Shown here in pieces: positions 1 to 15,019 of a DNA stretch of 64,000 nt. The notes under the pieces are model-generated. The model had not been told where the DNA came from, made no database searches, and saw nothing but the letters and a program-made list of their open reading frames with translations. The stretch comes from Paraspadella gotoi (Eukaryota > Animalia > Chaetognatha): contig CM119264.1 of NCBI GenBank assembly GCA_051294375.1, forward strand, positions 10,124,175 to 10,188,174, read 5' to 3'. Position 1 is the stretch's first letter; each line of letters begins with the position of its first letter. The translations under genes and the position numbers were made by a program.

Positions 1-326
1 CCGAGGGGCATGGCTTGTCTAAACGCGCCCCGAGGGAAAGTTCTGCCCAAGGGGTGGTCGAGTATCATCATTAGTCTCGTGCAGTCAAAGTCAGGTGATC
101 TAATCGTGATTTTAAGGTTATTATTCTGTCACTTTATCGAACCTACGTTGAGACGTATCGTAGGGTGGAGAAAGAGATAAGCAGAAAAGAAGCATGAAAA
201 AAAAAGACAAAGGAAAACGAAAGTAAGATTGAAATAGTTAAATGAAGAATTAAGGCAAGATAGGAAAAAATAAAGAAAAAAAGAAAGAAAAAGAAAGGTA
301 ACAAGAATGCAAAAACAAAAAAAGGG

Positions 327-572
<246 letters not shown>

Positions 573-935
573 ACAGAAAGAAAGGAATTTTGGACGTTTG
601 GAACTTTGGAATTCAATGCAAAGCATTTCTTTCTCTTTTTTTTTCTTATTTGGTTTTTTTTTCTCTTTAATTTTTCCCCTACATTTTTTTAACTGCGTCT
701 TTTGTGTTTTCATATATACCAGGTTTTTGATTTGCGGAGAAGAAAGAATTTAAGAAATGTTTTATTTGATCAAAGCATTGTTTTATAACATATTTTTTTT
801 GTTTCTGATCCGAACATTGCTGCATATTGTTTTACAAGATTAGAAAGACCCCGACGTCTTGGTACAGTCAGTGCTAGATTTTTATTTACAGTTTTAATAC
901 ATAAATTGCTAATTCACATTAACCTTTTTCTACAG

Positions 936-1017
936 ATGTTCCCTAAACGCGCAAAGGCGAATTTCTTCATTCTGGCGTCTCTTCTCGTCTGCGCTTTCAA
1001 GTTTCACCCATGTGAAG
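936..1017 (+). CDS. Secreted discoidin-discoidin-F-type-lectin protein, coding exon 1 (signal peptide)
   Basis: cctttttctacag|ATG. Translates MFPKRAKANFFILASLLVCAFKFHPCE(G), a basic N-region plus hydrophobic core. Donor G|GTAATT, phase 1, which matches the exon at 8156. The link across the 7.1 kb intron is inferred from phase and signal-peptide character. Confidence 0.7.
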
Positions 1018-1467
1018 GTAATTGATTAAAGAAATTACAAATTAAGCAAATAAAGTTCTTCATTTAGATTATATTAGTAATTGAACAAGAGGACTTTAGG
1101 CGTAAAAAGTTGAAAGTAAAAAACAAGCCCGCGTGATACCCTACCGTAAAGGAACGGTGCTACCGCACCAAGAAGCGAACACACACAAAGAAAGGCAGGA
1201 ACACACACATTCCTACTCTTCTTTCGCGAATGAGCGCGAATAAAGAGTCTCGCTTCTTTGCGTCGAAATCCAATAGAATTCTTGGGCAGATTACACGAAG
1301 GCTGCGATGATCATGGGTGTAAACGTCTCTCCTGGTTTTTTTTTTCCTTTTCCTCAAATCTTCTTAAGAAAATTATAGAACGCCTCCGAACGGTTTATTT
1401 AGACCCCCTTTGCAGATTTTTTAGTTTTTAAGCCGGTTTAGAGAGTGAAGAGGGGATGGAGAGAGAG

Positions 1468-1584
<117 letters not shown>

Positions 1585-4500
1585 CCAATATTTTTCGTTT
1601 AGTTTTTCCCCTTAAGAAGTTGTCCCTCATTCCCCTTTTTTCTTTCCAAGATGTTATTTTACATTTTCTTTTGCTTCTTCTCTTCTTCTCTTTATTTTCT
1701 TTTCTTTTTCATCTTCTTCTCCTTCTTCCCATCATTTTCCTTCTCCCTCTCCTTCTTCCCCTGAGTTCGTTTCAGGAAATGTTTCGTAAAAAATATAAAA
1801 AAAAAACTTTTGACTCGCGCTAAGAAAAACAAAATTAAAATTGAAACGAAAAAAGTGTTCTTGAAATAGAATAAAAAAAAAAACTGTAGAAAAAAAAAGG
1901 GCAATGGCAGCGAAAAGGGGAAAGCGATTCCTCCGGTAAATCAACAAAAACAGATCCTCCCTTTCAGTGCAGATTCTACATTTCGTTCAATTTGAGCAGA
2001 ATTTTTTTTATTTCATCGAGAAATATTTACTCCCGAGTTTAATTCCCTTAATTACAGAGAATTATTATCTTATTATCGCTTCCGAGACTCACGCCGGTTT
2101 AAAACCAATTTAAAACAAAAAATTGCGGAAATCACGTTAGAGTCAAATTAAACCAAATTCCCCGTGTATCGTCAAACAGGGAAAGATATAAGATCGTTAC
2201 ATTTGATTGCCTTCGGAATCGGACTTTTTAACCGCTGAGTCGTTAGCGAAAATCCTTTAAAAAAATAAACTTAAGAAACTACAACAAGGAAAAAAAGCTT
2301 TACAGATGTTATTTTACCCAAAAAATCTTGAGGACTTTCGCTATTGCTGCAACTAATCAAAGACTTAGCACCGCTGCAGCTTTAGGGCTCTTTCGCTCAT
2401 TAAGATTTTAAAATGCCCTAATAATTAATAATGAGATGATAGTTTATTATTTTTTGTCGTTATTTTCCCGTTGACTTAAAGAGAGATATATTTATTTTTT
2501 AAAGCTGTAATGCTCCGAATACAGGTTGTTTTTATGTAATTAATTGATGAACCCACTATACTTAAAATCCCTATTATCGATTTTAGAAAAAACAAGTTTA
2601 TTAAATAATTTAATAAACTGCCATAACCGTTAAAAAATTGCAACTCTGTTAATAGAAAAGTTTAACCGGACATTTTTTGGACAAATCTTTGGTGAGGTCT
2701 AAAAAATCTGAAAACAACAAAACAGCGACATTTTCCGACTCTTAATCTCGATTTTGAAAAACCTTATCGTTTCCCTCTTTCTTCTTTCATTTCATATTTT
2801 TATTTGTTTATTTGGCTGGAGTCTTTAATTCGGAAGGGTTTGTTTCCTTTTTTCGAGAGACGTCCGGTGAANNNNNNNNNNNNNNNNNNNNNNCTTTTTT
2901 TTTCATTAATAATTCTTGTCTGGAAAATGAAAACCGAACCTTATCTCTCGGGTTGTGATGGTTTTGAGTTCTGGGCTTCCTTCCTGTTCTCACTGTGGGA
3001 GGACGATACAGTTTCAGTATTTTTTCTCTTTTTTCTGTTTTTCATTCGAATTAAATAAGTGGGCAGATAACGAAACGCAAGCGGAAGAAAAACTATTTTT
3101 GTTTCAAATATAAACTTGGAAATAAAAAATATTCAGAAAAAAAAAGTTTTTTTTAAAAGAGAGAAGAGAAACTAATATATACCTAAATGATAATTACAAA
3201 GAAAAATTCCTTTGATATTGCAAAAAAGAAAACAAATTAAGACTTTTTTTAGGCGAAGGGGAAAGATAAGTTGAGGGGTTTGCTAAAAAGTCAGTTGTAA
3301 CAATTTCATAAAATTTAGCTCCTTGTATTTGTATGCTGGGTGGAGTACAATGTAGTATTCCCCGATCTAATACTTAAGGGAGTGGTCCTTTCATACTATT
3401 GAAACTTTCTTTGAAATATTATGCCACTTCATTGATAGGGAAGCCTGGTACTCTGGGAGTGAATAAACGAGACTGTGAGAGAGTCTTGATTGAAAGCTTG
3501 CAGGGCTTGCACCACCAAAAATTGTCCAAAGTCAGGGGCAAGATAGCTTATTTATTAAATGAATGGATAATGTTTATATTGTTGGTACCAATTTCATATC
3601 GAAGGAAAAAAAGTTGAGCTTTCGTTAAGTTAGTGTTATCCTTATTATCTTGATGTTATTTCTTACNNNNNNNNNNTATCGAAGGAAAAAAAAGTTGAGT
3701 TTTCGTTAAGTTAGTGTTCTCCTTATTATCTTGATGTCATTTCTTACACAACCTAAATGACCCTCATTACTGCAGAACCACAATGGCAGACAGACCGCCG
3801 CCTGTACCGACGCTTCTTCAGGATTTCTTCTTTCGATCTCGTAATCCATCAACTGATCTTGTCGGCAGGATGAAAAAAAAAAATCAAAATTTAAAAATTC
3901 ATATTTTCTTTTGCTGCTAAGGATTTATTTGTGTTTTTCAGATTTTAACTGGAAAACCGCCCACCTGGATTTTCATATTTCTCGATCACGAATTACGTAA
4001 AACTTTGAATTCTGAAATAAAATCGATTTTCTATTTGAAAATAAGGTGAAAAAAAAACATACAAAAGCGCATCTTTGTGCTTTGCATTTCCGACTTCTGA
4101 GTTTTAGTCCATCTTTCTGAACTTGATTCTGGCGAGCGCACATAAGGTTTCCAGATTGTCTTTAGTCTTTTGTTTTGTACTCCAAATATATTATCTCTTT
4201 TTTTTTTACTCCAACCGGGAAATCCCATATTTTATTTATTCTTAACGGTGCCCTGTTTGTTAAAAGCCCCACCCTGTCTTGCTCTTTGACCGGCTCCACT
4301 TATACTTTACACATACGTAAATTCAAACATCTCTATGAATCAACTACTTTTCAAAATCCAAACCATTTAGTCTTCAAAAGATTTAGTCATCCGTCCAACT
4401 TTAAACTGATTCCTGAGTCTTCACTATTCACTCCCCAAGCTTCATTTTAATCCAACAAGGGGAGACCAGACGCTCAGATTAAAAGACTTCTCGTCGCCAG

Positions 4501-5948
4501 AAGCTAAAAAATGTCGCAGACGGAAGAAAAAAAGTAAAGAAAAAAGCGGAGGTTAGAATGTGGCGGAAAAATTCATCGCCTTCGGTTATTTTGATAACAG
4601 ATCGATCTGGCGTGGCGGAGAAGAGTGTCGTTAAGAGAGAGAGGAAGAGAGAGAGGAGAGAGAGAGACGAGAGAGAGCAGAGCAGAGAAAACGAGGAGAG
4701 AGAGAGAGAGAGAGAGAGAGTAAAAAATAATGGTAGGGCCCTCCTATTTAGTTCATGTCTATTCACGTTTGGCAAATTTAGAGCATAAAAGATTCTTCTC
4801 TTCCCTTTCGAGTTTCGCGGTTCTGAAATTCAAACTCTGTCCGATCTGGCAATTTTCAATTTTCACTTGTTGCTGAAATTCGAGTCGATTTTTGGGGATT
4901 TTTATCTTAGAAAAGTTTTGCGTGGCGGTTTATTATCTTTTTCACTAAACAGTCGCGCTTATCATTAAATTCCATTTTGGCTGTAGAGAAATATTTCACG
5001 ATCGCCCTTTGACGTCGAATCTTGTCGCTGAGTCACCTGAGAGCGCCACGTCGGGGCTCATCAGATAATTCCTTGCTTTTTTGGCCTAATTATTTTTCTT
5101 TACTTGGTTTTTTTTTTTGGCAATGATATTTCTTTGTTTTTTGTATATTCTATTTGTTTTCCATAATATTACGTATGCTGACTTTTATCGATTTTCCAAC
5201 CTAATGAGCTTAAAACCGTTTTCTCTCTCTCTCTCTCTCTCTCTTTAGCTCTCTCTTTCTATCTCTATCTCTCTCTCTTTTTTCCCTCTCTCGCTTTCAT
5301 TTTCTCGTATTTGAAAACGGGGTATATTTTTTCACGTTTTTCTCGTTTCAAGATGTTTCCTTGTTTTTTTTTATTTTAACCTTTCTTCCCTATGGCCCTA
5401 ACCTTTAGAAATTTCAGCTCACGCTTTCGATGAAAACTTTTTTTTGTTGAAAAAGTTGAATAAAATGCCAAAAGTCCTGACTGCAGTTATTCTTGACCCC
5501 TCACATTAACCATGTTTCAGTTTTCATAAAATTGTGTTTAGTTCGCCGTGTTAGGAAAGGGGAACTTTAACCATACCGAGATTTAAATGAAAAGTTTTAA
5601 ATCTCTCTATTTGAGAAAGTACTCTCTCTCCTTTTAAGTCTCTCTTTTTTATCATCATTCTTTTTTTCTAATGATTGTCGTATTTTTTTAAAACCTGATC
5701 ATTTGGCAACCTTCAGAAACCCCAGATTTCGCAAAAAGATTAAACTTTAGCCTAACCTCTTTGTCTGACATTTAAAGATGTAGGCAATTTCTCGCCGCTT
5801 AACACAATTTCACATTAACCAGTGTTACGTAGGCGTTTTGAAAAGATGCATGCTTAAATGGCTTCTTCCTCCTACTTCTTTGTCTCAATTAAATCTCCAA
5901 TTTGATGGAAGCTTAATTTTCAAGCGCGCTCAAAATGTTTGAGGGAGC

Positions 5949-6041
<93 letters not shown>

Positions 6042-6822
6042 AAAAAGAGAGAGCGTTAGAGTGAGAGCGAGAGCTGAAATGGGAAAGAGAGTGGGATAGA
6101 GATTCGAAATTTGGCCCAAAGTCAAATCATAGTGGTTCTTTTTTTCTTTCTCCTTGTTTTTAAACGAAATGTATTCAGTCTTCCAAACAAAAAAATAACA
6201 AGGTTTAAGTGGAAAGATCCCGCAGGATCCATTTAATTCTGCAAAATAAATTCAAGTTTAAAAATAAAATAAATTTTATCGAAACAGTTGGAGAAGACAA
6301 AAAAAAATTCGACGATTGGCCAATTTATTTTCGATTGTTTTTTTTTTTTTAAATAAAAAGTATTTCCAGTAGAACAAATGATAATCACACCGTAAAACAG
6401 TGAAATGTTTTACTACCTCAATGCTAGTTCTTTAAACTCAAAAGAGGAAAAGAGGAACGTGTTAGTTCCACTAAATCTCGACTTTAACAAAAAAAAACAA
6501 AAAAACTAAGAATGAAAATCTCGTCGTAGCGAAAATCTCTAATCGACGCAGGAAAAAAAAAAGGGAAATCGTTTACATCATCCAACCCGGTGGTCCTCCT
6601 CCTCTTCCTCTTCTTCCTCCTCCTCTTTCTCTTCCTCCCACTACTCTTCGTCGCCGGCAGCTTGTGACCAGAACCTTAAATAAAAATCTAAATCAGATTC
6701 AAAGAAAAATGATAAACAATCTAAAGACTTTCCAGATTCGGACACAAATCGTCAGGATTTGATGTTATTCGTTGGGAATCCGAAGATCCGAAGATCAGAA
6801 AGAGAGAGCAAGAGAGAGAGCA

Positions 6823-6853
<31 letters not shown>

Positions 6854-7361
6854 GAGAGAGAGAGAGAGAGCGTGGGTAATCTATCGCTCTCAATAGAAAG
6901 AAGCACGCCCTCTTCTGTAAAATCTAATTTGAATTTCGCGACTCTTTTCCCGTTTAATTTGCATTTCACAGTCTTACTTTCTTTCTTTCTTTCTTTCTTT
7001 TTTTTTCTATCTTTTATCTTTGCATTATTTGTCTTTCTTTTCTGTCTTTCTTTTTTATTCCTGTTATTCCTTTTTATTCCTCACTTCGTTAGATTTTTAC
7101 TTTCTTTCTCTTTCTTTTTTTTTCTTTTTTTATTCTTTCTTTCTTTGATTTTTCTTTTTTTTCATTCCCTTTTCTCTCTTTCCCTCTCCTTTTCTTTCGC
7201 GTTTCGATCCGCGGCACGTTTTTCGTTCGACGACAGATTTTAATTTTAGGGTTAAGGATTTGAAGAGAGAAAAAAGGAAAGAAAAATATTTAGAGAATGA
7301 GTGAATGAGATAGTGTGTGGTGGAACGGTGAGAGCATTAGCGAAATAAAGAAAAAGAGAGT

Positions 7362-7426
<65 letters not shown>

Positions 7427-8155
7427 GCAACAAAGAACAATTAACGTGCTCGCATTTATATATTTAACAAATGAGAACGAAGCTGTTACGGATTATCGTG
7501 AAGTTAAAACCCCGAATAATGATCATCAAACATCATCCAAAGCGACAAGTTCCTTCTTTATTTGTAGCCCAACCAATAAATCATTCTTACGAACAGAAGC
7601 ATTTTTTTTTTTGGGTAGAAGCTGGAACGAGATAAAACGTGATAAAATGTCGAGGAGACGGACAAAGGGACAACCGAAAAAAGAATTATAAAAAAGAGAA
7701 AAAAACTGGATATAACTAAAAACAAAAGAAGAACAAGATTTAAAAGGAAAAACTAAAAAAAAAACAAAAAAAAACCATCGGTTGGGATCCAATTTGAAAG
7801 AGATTTATTGAGGATGAAAAGAGAAGGCTGAAGATTGTTCGATGCCTTCGGAGGAAAAATAGGAAATTGAGAAGGCTCTGCCACAATTTTTGTTTTCATG
7901 GTGTGGATTCGGGGCGTCTCGCGCTTAAAACTGTCAGTTTCTTACATGAAAGTCGTTATTTTTAAAGGCCTTGCGCATGCGCTCTCGTAAAACAACTGGG
8001 ACAACGTTGGTTCATTTATCTCTTTCTTTACACTTATCGTTCCGGACCTAATTAATTTATGACTATAATATTTTTTATAGGGACGATTTAGCCTCGTTCT
8101 TTTTTTGTGTTTTCCCGTCCGGTCGTAAAAAAAACCTTCTCTTTTTTTTCATCAG

Positions 8156-8355
8156 GCTGCAGTCAACCCTTGGGCCTGATTTCCGGGGAAGTGAAGGACT
8201 GGCAAATTAGCGCCTCTTCCACTTACCCGTCCGCCTGGGATCCTCAGTGCCACGAGAAGTTCGCGCGTCTCTACCAACAGAACGGATTCGGTTGGTGCGC
8301 CAAGTACAAGTCTTCTTCGGAGTGGCTGCAGATCGATCTTGGCGTGGCGGCCAAG
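8156..8355 (+). CDS. Discoidin/F5-8 type C domain 1, exon 2
   Basis: ttttcatcag|GC. CSQPLGLISGEVKDWQISASS...WCAKYKSSSEWLQIDLGVAAK contains the FA58C motifs CxxPLG, ISASS, WCA and EWLQIDLG. Donor AAG|GTGAAA, phase 0. Confidence 0.93.
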
Positions 8356-8508
8356 GTGAAAATTAATCAATCGATCGAGAATCAATCAATGAATGAATTA
8401 GTCAACGAATCAATCAATCAATCGGTCTATTTATCAAAATCCATCAATTCAAATTAAATCAAAGTAAATCAATCCCTTCTTTTTATAATATTTTAAATCC
8501 TTTCGCAG

Positions 8509-8641
8509 ATTACCGGCCTCATGACCCAAGGGCGAGGCGACGGCAACGAATGGGTCACGGTTTATATGGTGAGCTACAGCATGGACGCTTACCACTGGCA
8601 ATACCTTTCGGACAAATACGGCAACCAGAAACTGTTTGACG
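8509..8641 (+). CDS. Discoidin domain 1, exon 3
   Basis: tttcgcag|ATT. ITGLMTQGRGDGNEWVTVYMVSYSMDAYHWQYLSDKYGNQKLFD contains TQGR, WVT and YS motifs. Donor G|GTAAGC. Missed by the ORF track. Confidence 0.93.
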
Positions 8642-8755
8642 GTAAGCAGACGGTTGTTTCATGAATCAATTTATCATTCAGCGTTCAATTTTATATAATA
8701 TATAATGTATTTTAATTAATTATTAATTAATTAATTTTTATTAATTAATTTTTAG

Positions 8756-8884
8756 GCAACATCGATTCCTATTCCGTGAAGCACGTTTATCTTGAGATGC
8801 CGATTTTCGCTCGTTACATCAAGTTTCACACTGTGCAGTGGCACAAGCATCCTAGCATGCGGGTCGAACTTATCGGCTGCCAAG
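8756..8884 (+). CDS. Discoidin domain 1, exon 4
   Basis: ttttag|GC. GNIDSYSVKHVYLEMPIFARYIKFHTVQWHKHPSMRVELIGCQ contains GN.D, PI.ARY and MRVEL.GC motifs. Donor G|GTAAGT. Confidence 0.94.
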
Positions 8885-9580
8885 GTAAGTTACTGAAGCA
8901 TCTTCGACGTCAATACGACGATTTGGGACTAAACGCTACGCAGTGTGCAGTATACTACAGTTATTATCCCCGGGCCTTTTGTTTATGTTTATGTATTTAC
9001 CGACGGGGGGTTAAGCCTCGGGAAACAATTTGAATCCAAAAAACGACTACTGTGGAAGTTTATAGACTCGATGACACGTCGAACCGAGACAAACTTTTTA
9101 TCTCGAAAAGGAGGTCAATTCTCGAATATATCTTTTTTGTCCCAGTTTCAAATTCCCCAACGTTTCCCGCTATTTGGACGTACAACAGTTATCTCTCTTC
9201 GCTCGTGGTCGTCGTCGTCGTCGTCGTCGTAACTCGTCGTTTTGTTCTCGTTGTGTCATGTAAATCGTCAGGGTTTGTCAAGTAACTCTCGTCCTGATGA
9301 TTCGACTCGACTAATCGCCTCAATTGTCGGATTGACGCCGGGGATGTTCTCCGTCTCGTTTGAAGAGAGAGAGCGAGACAGACATTAGTAATGAAAAGAA
9401 AAAAGAGAGTAATGAAAATAGGAAAGAGTTGAGAAAAAAATGGTTAAAAATCTAAGCAGGAAAATAAAAACTTTTGGGGAAAAGTCGGCGAAAGAGAGAG
9501 AGAGAGAGAACTTGACTCGGGATTTTTAGTTTATTATTCGAAGGACAACAAGAAGCGAGCGCGGGCGTCGGTGGGCGTGG

Positions 9581-9648
<68 letters not shown>

Positions 9649-9951
9649 AGAGCGGGTGGAGTCTGGAAAGCAAGGACGCGAAGATGGGGTTCATTATGGG
9701 CGATATATGGACGTTTAAATCGGGCGGGGTCGAGGAAAGCGGGAAGAGATAAGAGGCTAATGATGGGACGTGAAAAAGAGATAGGGATAAAGTGAATTGG
9801 TGTGAAGTGTGAAGTGTGAAAGAGTGAGATAAGGAAAACGATGAGAATGAAAGTCAAGAGATGAGGGGGAGCAGATGAGGTGAGAAACTATAGGGCAAGA
9901 GGGATTGATTCGGAAAGGAGGTAAATTGTGGGCGTTGCCATTTCAGAACAC

Positions 9952-10001
<50 letters not shown>

Positions 10002-10397
10002 GTCCCAAGAGATGAATTAAAGAGTGAGTCAAGGCTAACCTCGTTTACGCAGCAAGATTTTAAAATAAAAACATCTGTATTTTTTTTCCTACTTGACTCC
10101 TTATTCAATATTCGTCTATTGAGTAAAAATTACGGTAGTTTAAAATTAAAGAAATTACTAGTTGAATTAGTCAATTTTTTTTATATTACATACTTCGGAT
10201 TTTCGTTAATAAACTTTTAAATATATTTCTATCGCCCATAATTATGCGCATGCAATAGGGTGAACCGATGCGCAGGGAACCGGAAAAGCTCTTCGTGAAG
10301 AAAATGTGATTTCCGTATGTAAATCCGTTTTTTTCCGCATCGACGATTGAGACGAGATGGAAAAAGGAAGATCACTTCCCGAATCGGGAGGAGAAGG

Positions 10398-10432
<35 letters not shown>

Positions 10433-11573
10433 AGAGAGGATGAGATGAGCAGAGAACGAGAGGACGGAGAAGAAGAAGCGAAGATGAGAGAAGAGAAGAG
10501 ACGGTCGCTTCCGTTTCACACTCGGGCGCCAAGATTCCGGATCCCGACGTCAAAAGTGGCGTCAACGACTGATTGACGCGCGAGTGTTGTCACTTTATCA
10601 ACTTTCAACGACGACGACGACGACGACAACGACGACGACGACATAGAGACATGAGGGATGACGACGACGATGACGCCGACGAAGACGATGATAACGGCGA
10701 CAAAGTTGAGGACGAATTGGAAGAAGTTGGTCAACCCGTCTCATTTTCTCGTGAGCGGAAATCCGTGTCAGTTGACCTGCTTTTTTTCTCCATGAGCACG
10801 TGGCGTCAAGTCAAGGAGTAAATTACGAACAACAACAACAACAACCATATTTATCAAACATAATACTCAAAATAACGACAAACTAGGATATATAAAACTT
10901 AAACAAATAGGTTGGGGGAAAAGCGTTATGAGCTAACTTTAAATTTAAAGAAAACAAATTTTTTGGTTTAAAAAAAAGTTTTTTTGGATGATGCTTCGCC
11001 GGTGAAAAATGTTTCTCCGTCACAAGCGCGAAACCTTTTTTTTTTCACGGGTGGCAGGTTGAGCGAAAAAGTTCACACGAGACGCCGTCGGGTGAAATAT
11101 GCGATCATAAACCTCCGTGACTTCGACTGTCGGACGCATTTTGAAAAAAAAAGTTATGAACCCTGATTGTATGAGACAAACATGAGAGCATGAAATTTGA
11201 CATCATCGTGCAGAGTATTAAAAAAATGAAAATTAAAAAGAATGAAAAGAAAAATAAAATAAAATATAAAAATATAATTCATAAATTACAAATAAAAAAA
11301 ATCTCAATTTAATTCAGTCCAACGAATAATAGAACTATCACACAAATTGTTGCCTGCCTGACTGGGATTCTCGTTGGACATGCGTGTATCTCCTATTTAA
11401 TTTTAGGTTTCATAACAAACTTTGATGAGGTGGCGGTCGCGATTGGGCGTACTGGCTCGATTTCTATGCGGTCTGACCCTTCGCCGTCGAAAAGTCGAGC
11501 GAAACTCGAAACCTTACAACCCAAAAACAAATCAACTTCAATCAGCCGATTTTAAGGTTCGTGAAAAGGAACA

Positions 11574-11642
11574 ACATCGTCATCCGCATCATCGTCATTT
11601 TTCATCGTCATCAGCAGCTTCGTTGTTATCATCATCAACATT

Positions 11643-11677
<35 letters not shown>

Positions 11678-11750
11678 TGTCATCATTATTGTTATCAAAA
11701 GCATCGTTAGAAAGAGAATTATCAGAATTATCAGAATCATCAGAATCATA
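11574..11750. repeat. (ATC)n-based degenerate trinucleotide repeat
   Basis: atcatcatc core at 11643-11677 with a terminal (AGAATTATC/AGAATCATC) 9-mer array. Confidence 0.85.
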
Positions 11751-12471
11751 AGCAATTATTTTCATTTTCAACATCATTACCATCTATATCATTATCATCG
11801 CACCATAACCGCCCCCCCTCGCAAAAGAATATACAGAATTCGGAACATGATTTCAAATTCTTCGTCAAGATTTCTCCATGAGCCCGTGGAGCCAGTGAAG
11901 CCAGTGGGGCCTTCGAGGAAGAGAGTCTCCCCCCTCCTCCAAGGGATCCGTCTTTTCCTTATCGAAGAAATTTCGTTGACGTCAGAAAAGAGAATCGGAG
12001 ACGAGAGTCGAGGGAGGGAGACGGCTTCCCTGTTTAGGCTGTAGAGAGAGAGAACGAGAGAGAGAAAGAGAGAAGAAGAGAGAGAGAGAGAGAGAGAGAG
12101 AAGAGAGAAGAGAGAGAGAGAGAGGGAGAGAGACCAGACAGACTGATAGACAGAGAGACAGCGGGTTACAAACGCCTGACGAAAAAATAGAAAAGAACAA
12201 CAATGCGACGCTTTGTGCCTTACGATTCCTTTTTTTTTTCACAAAAAGTGAGAGCTTCCTGAAATGCGAAAGAATTAATGGAAGGTCGAGACGCGAAACG
12301 AGGGTGGTCTTAAACTCGAATCCACGCTCCCTGTCGCTCTCTCTCTATCTCTCTATCTATCTCTCTATTTCTCCCCTGGTCCTTTTTTAGAGGCTAAATT
12401 AATCAAAAAGGGTCGCGAGATGATTAACGGAACGAACCGTAAAAAGACTAAACAAAACTTACGAAATAAAT

Positions 12472-12559
<88 letters not shown>

Positions 12560-13495
12560 TTCACCTCGCTCGAGACAAACTGTCAAAGCCCCAACAACAC
12601 ATGACTTTTTTTTCTCTTCAAAATTTCTCGTTTGTTTTGAAAATAACAGAAATTCATTTCGCTCTTTCTCCGATTTGATTGACGTCTTACTAAGTTAATT
12701 TTGACGCAACTATCAGTAAGGACTCGTCATTCCTTAGCGCCTCCGATGTTTGTTGAGAAAGGGGGAAAAGACGTACGCAAGAATCGACAGATCGAGGGAC
12801 AGACAGAATTGAAAAAGAATTTTAATTTAAAGTGACGAACGACAATGAAGCTAGATGCGGAAGCTAAAGATAGTGAAACTTTACCGCCAACTGTTATTTG
12901 ACTAGCGTATAAGTTTCCCTTTTAAAAGCGCCATTGATGGATGAGAACGAAAAATCTTTTTTGATTGTTTGTACTAGCTTTTGCTGTTATCTCAAGTCCG
13001 TAGTAGTAAAAGCCATCGTGACCTGACGCAAGAAGATGACGAAATTAATCTCCAGACTCCAGTTGTGTCCCCTCCCCTGTAATTCCCCCTTTTCGATTCC
13101 CAGTCTCCAACGGACTTCTATTCTTCAAAGGAACAAAAATCCCCATTTTTTTTTCGTATTATTCTCCTGAGGAATTCCGTCGGGATTAAGATCTTGATCG
13201 CTGTATATTTTTTTCAATGCTCCTGGATATTTCTGTCTTTCGAAATGTTTGCCGTCTGCAAAATTCGAAGCTTTTACTTTTTTTTTTATCATTCTTTCTC
13301 TCAATCTCTAATTTTTTTTTGAGTGCCTGTGTAGATAAGTTAAGATATTTTTGAGATAAATTATCTATTTCTATGTACTACATATACGTAAGTTTAAAGG
13401 TGCTAATTAGCTCCCCTACCTTCTCTTCTTGTCTGCTGTCATGTTTTGTCGAAACCGTCCAAAACCTCCTTCTTAAGTCAACTGACAGTGACACA

Positions 13496-13526
13496 GTCAT
13501 ATGTCATATGTCATATGTCATATGTC
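13496..13526. repeat. (GTCATAT)4 heptamer tandem repeat
   Basis: gtcatatgtcatatgtcatatgtcatatgtc. Confidence 0.9.
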
Positions 13527-14265
13527 GAACTGCCCTTCAAAATGGCGAGTCTTCCAAATAGCCCATTATCCATGATTCCCACTCTGATAAGAAGGAGGAC
13601 ATCAACAATGAGAATGGCGACGAGGGCGAAAGTGGGTAGACGGTGGGTGAGGGGAAAGGTGGAGTGAGAAGAAGAGGCTATAAGTGTGGGCCCGTGGGGT
13701 GGAGGGAAAGAACCACCTAAATCTCCAATCTAAAGCGAAATTAGAACCGAAAAAACCCCGCGAGGGAAACGGCGGATCGATTCGCCCTGTTAAAAATCCA
13801 CTTACGTTACCCATGAGAGCGAGAGAGAAAGAGATAGGAAGGTCGGGGGGAAATAGAGAGAAAATGAGAAAGAGAGAATAAACAGAGAAAGAAAATGAGG
13901 ATGAAATGAGCTTTTGCAAATTTAGTGGGAAGCGAAAGGGAGAAAGGAAAAAAATGTTCCCAAAAATATTTAAAAAAGAAAACAATTCATTTAAAGTTTA
14001 GCTGGCCAAAAAAAAAGACAAATAACAAACTTTTCTCTGTGATATTTTCTTTCAACGCCTATGCTTTCTGCCTTTACCTTTAAAATCAAAACTTATGCTT
14101 TAAAAATGAGTTCACTCATAATTGGGTAATTAGGAAAACTTTTCAATGTAGTAAACCCCCTATCTAAAAAGGGGATGCATAAAATAGAAATTTCAATAAA
14201 GGGTTAATGGCATAAAAAAATCGATATAAAACATATTCCAAAATTTGAGGATACTTATTTGAGGC

Positions 14266-14321
<56 letters not shown>

Positions 14322-14475
14322 GAGAGAGAGAGATAAATGCGCCCTCCCCCACGCAAACCTCGTAATTCAACCCTTGTCGTTTTATTTTTACAATTTTCAA
14401 AGAAAAACATATTATTGTTGGTTTATTATGAGAGAGAAGGATCAGGTGGAGAGAGGAAAATATAGGATTGATTCA

Positions 14476-14553
<78 letters not shown>

Positions 14554-14909
14554 TCTCTCTCTCACTTCTCTTCTCATCTCTCTTTCAAACGACGACGCGA
14601 TTGCACTCGACGTTTTCCCTCGATCTCACCAAAGTTCACGCGAAAGTGGAGCGGCTTTCACGGCGATCATGAGTCCAGATTCACGCGGGGGTGAACCCCG
14701 TACACGAGAACTTCGCGGGTGTGAATTTCCCTCTTACGCCTCCTCCCTCTCCTCCTCATTGTTGGACGGTGGACGCCTTAAATTCATGGACGTCGAGGTG
14801 TGGTTCGAATCACGTGACTTCGTCTCCAATTTGGGTCCGCGATAAATTGTGACATTTACGTAGAAAACAGGGGGAGTTGAGAATTTTATGTAGCGAGGAA
14901 AGTGAGAGA

Positions 14910-15019
<110 letters not shown>

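Noticed and set aside
3597-3747. Apparent ~70-bp tandem duplication across a 10-N gap (also 20884-21033, 36603-36672 and 53128-53470)
   Set aside because: Near-identical contig ends flanking small gaps are most simply unmerged allelic overlaps from the assembly, not biological duplications.
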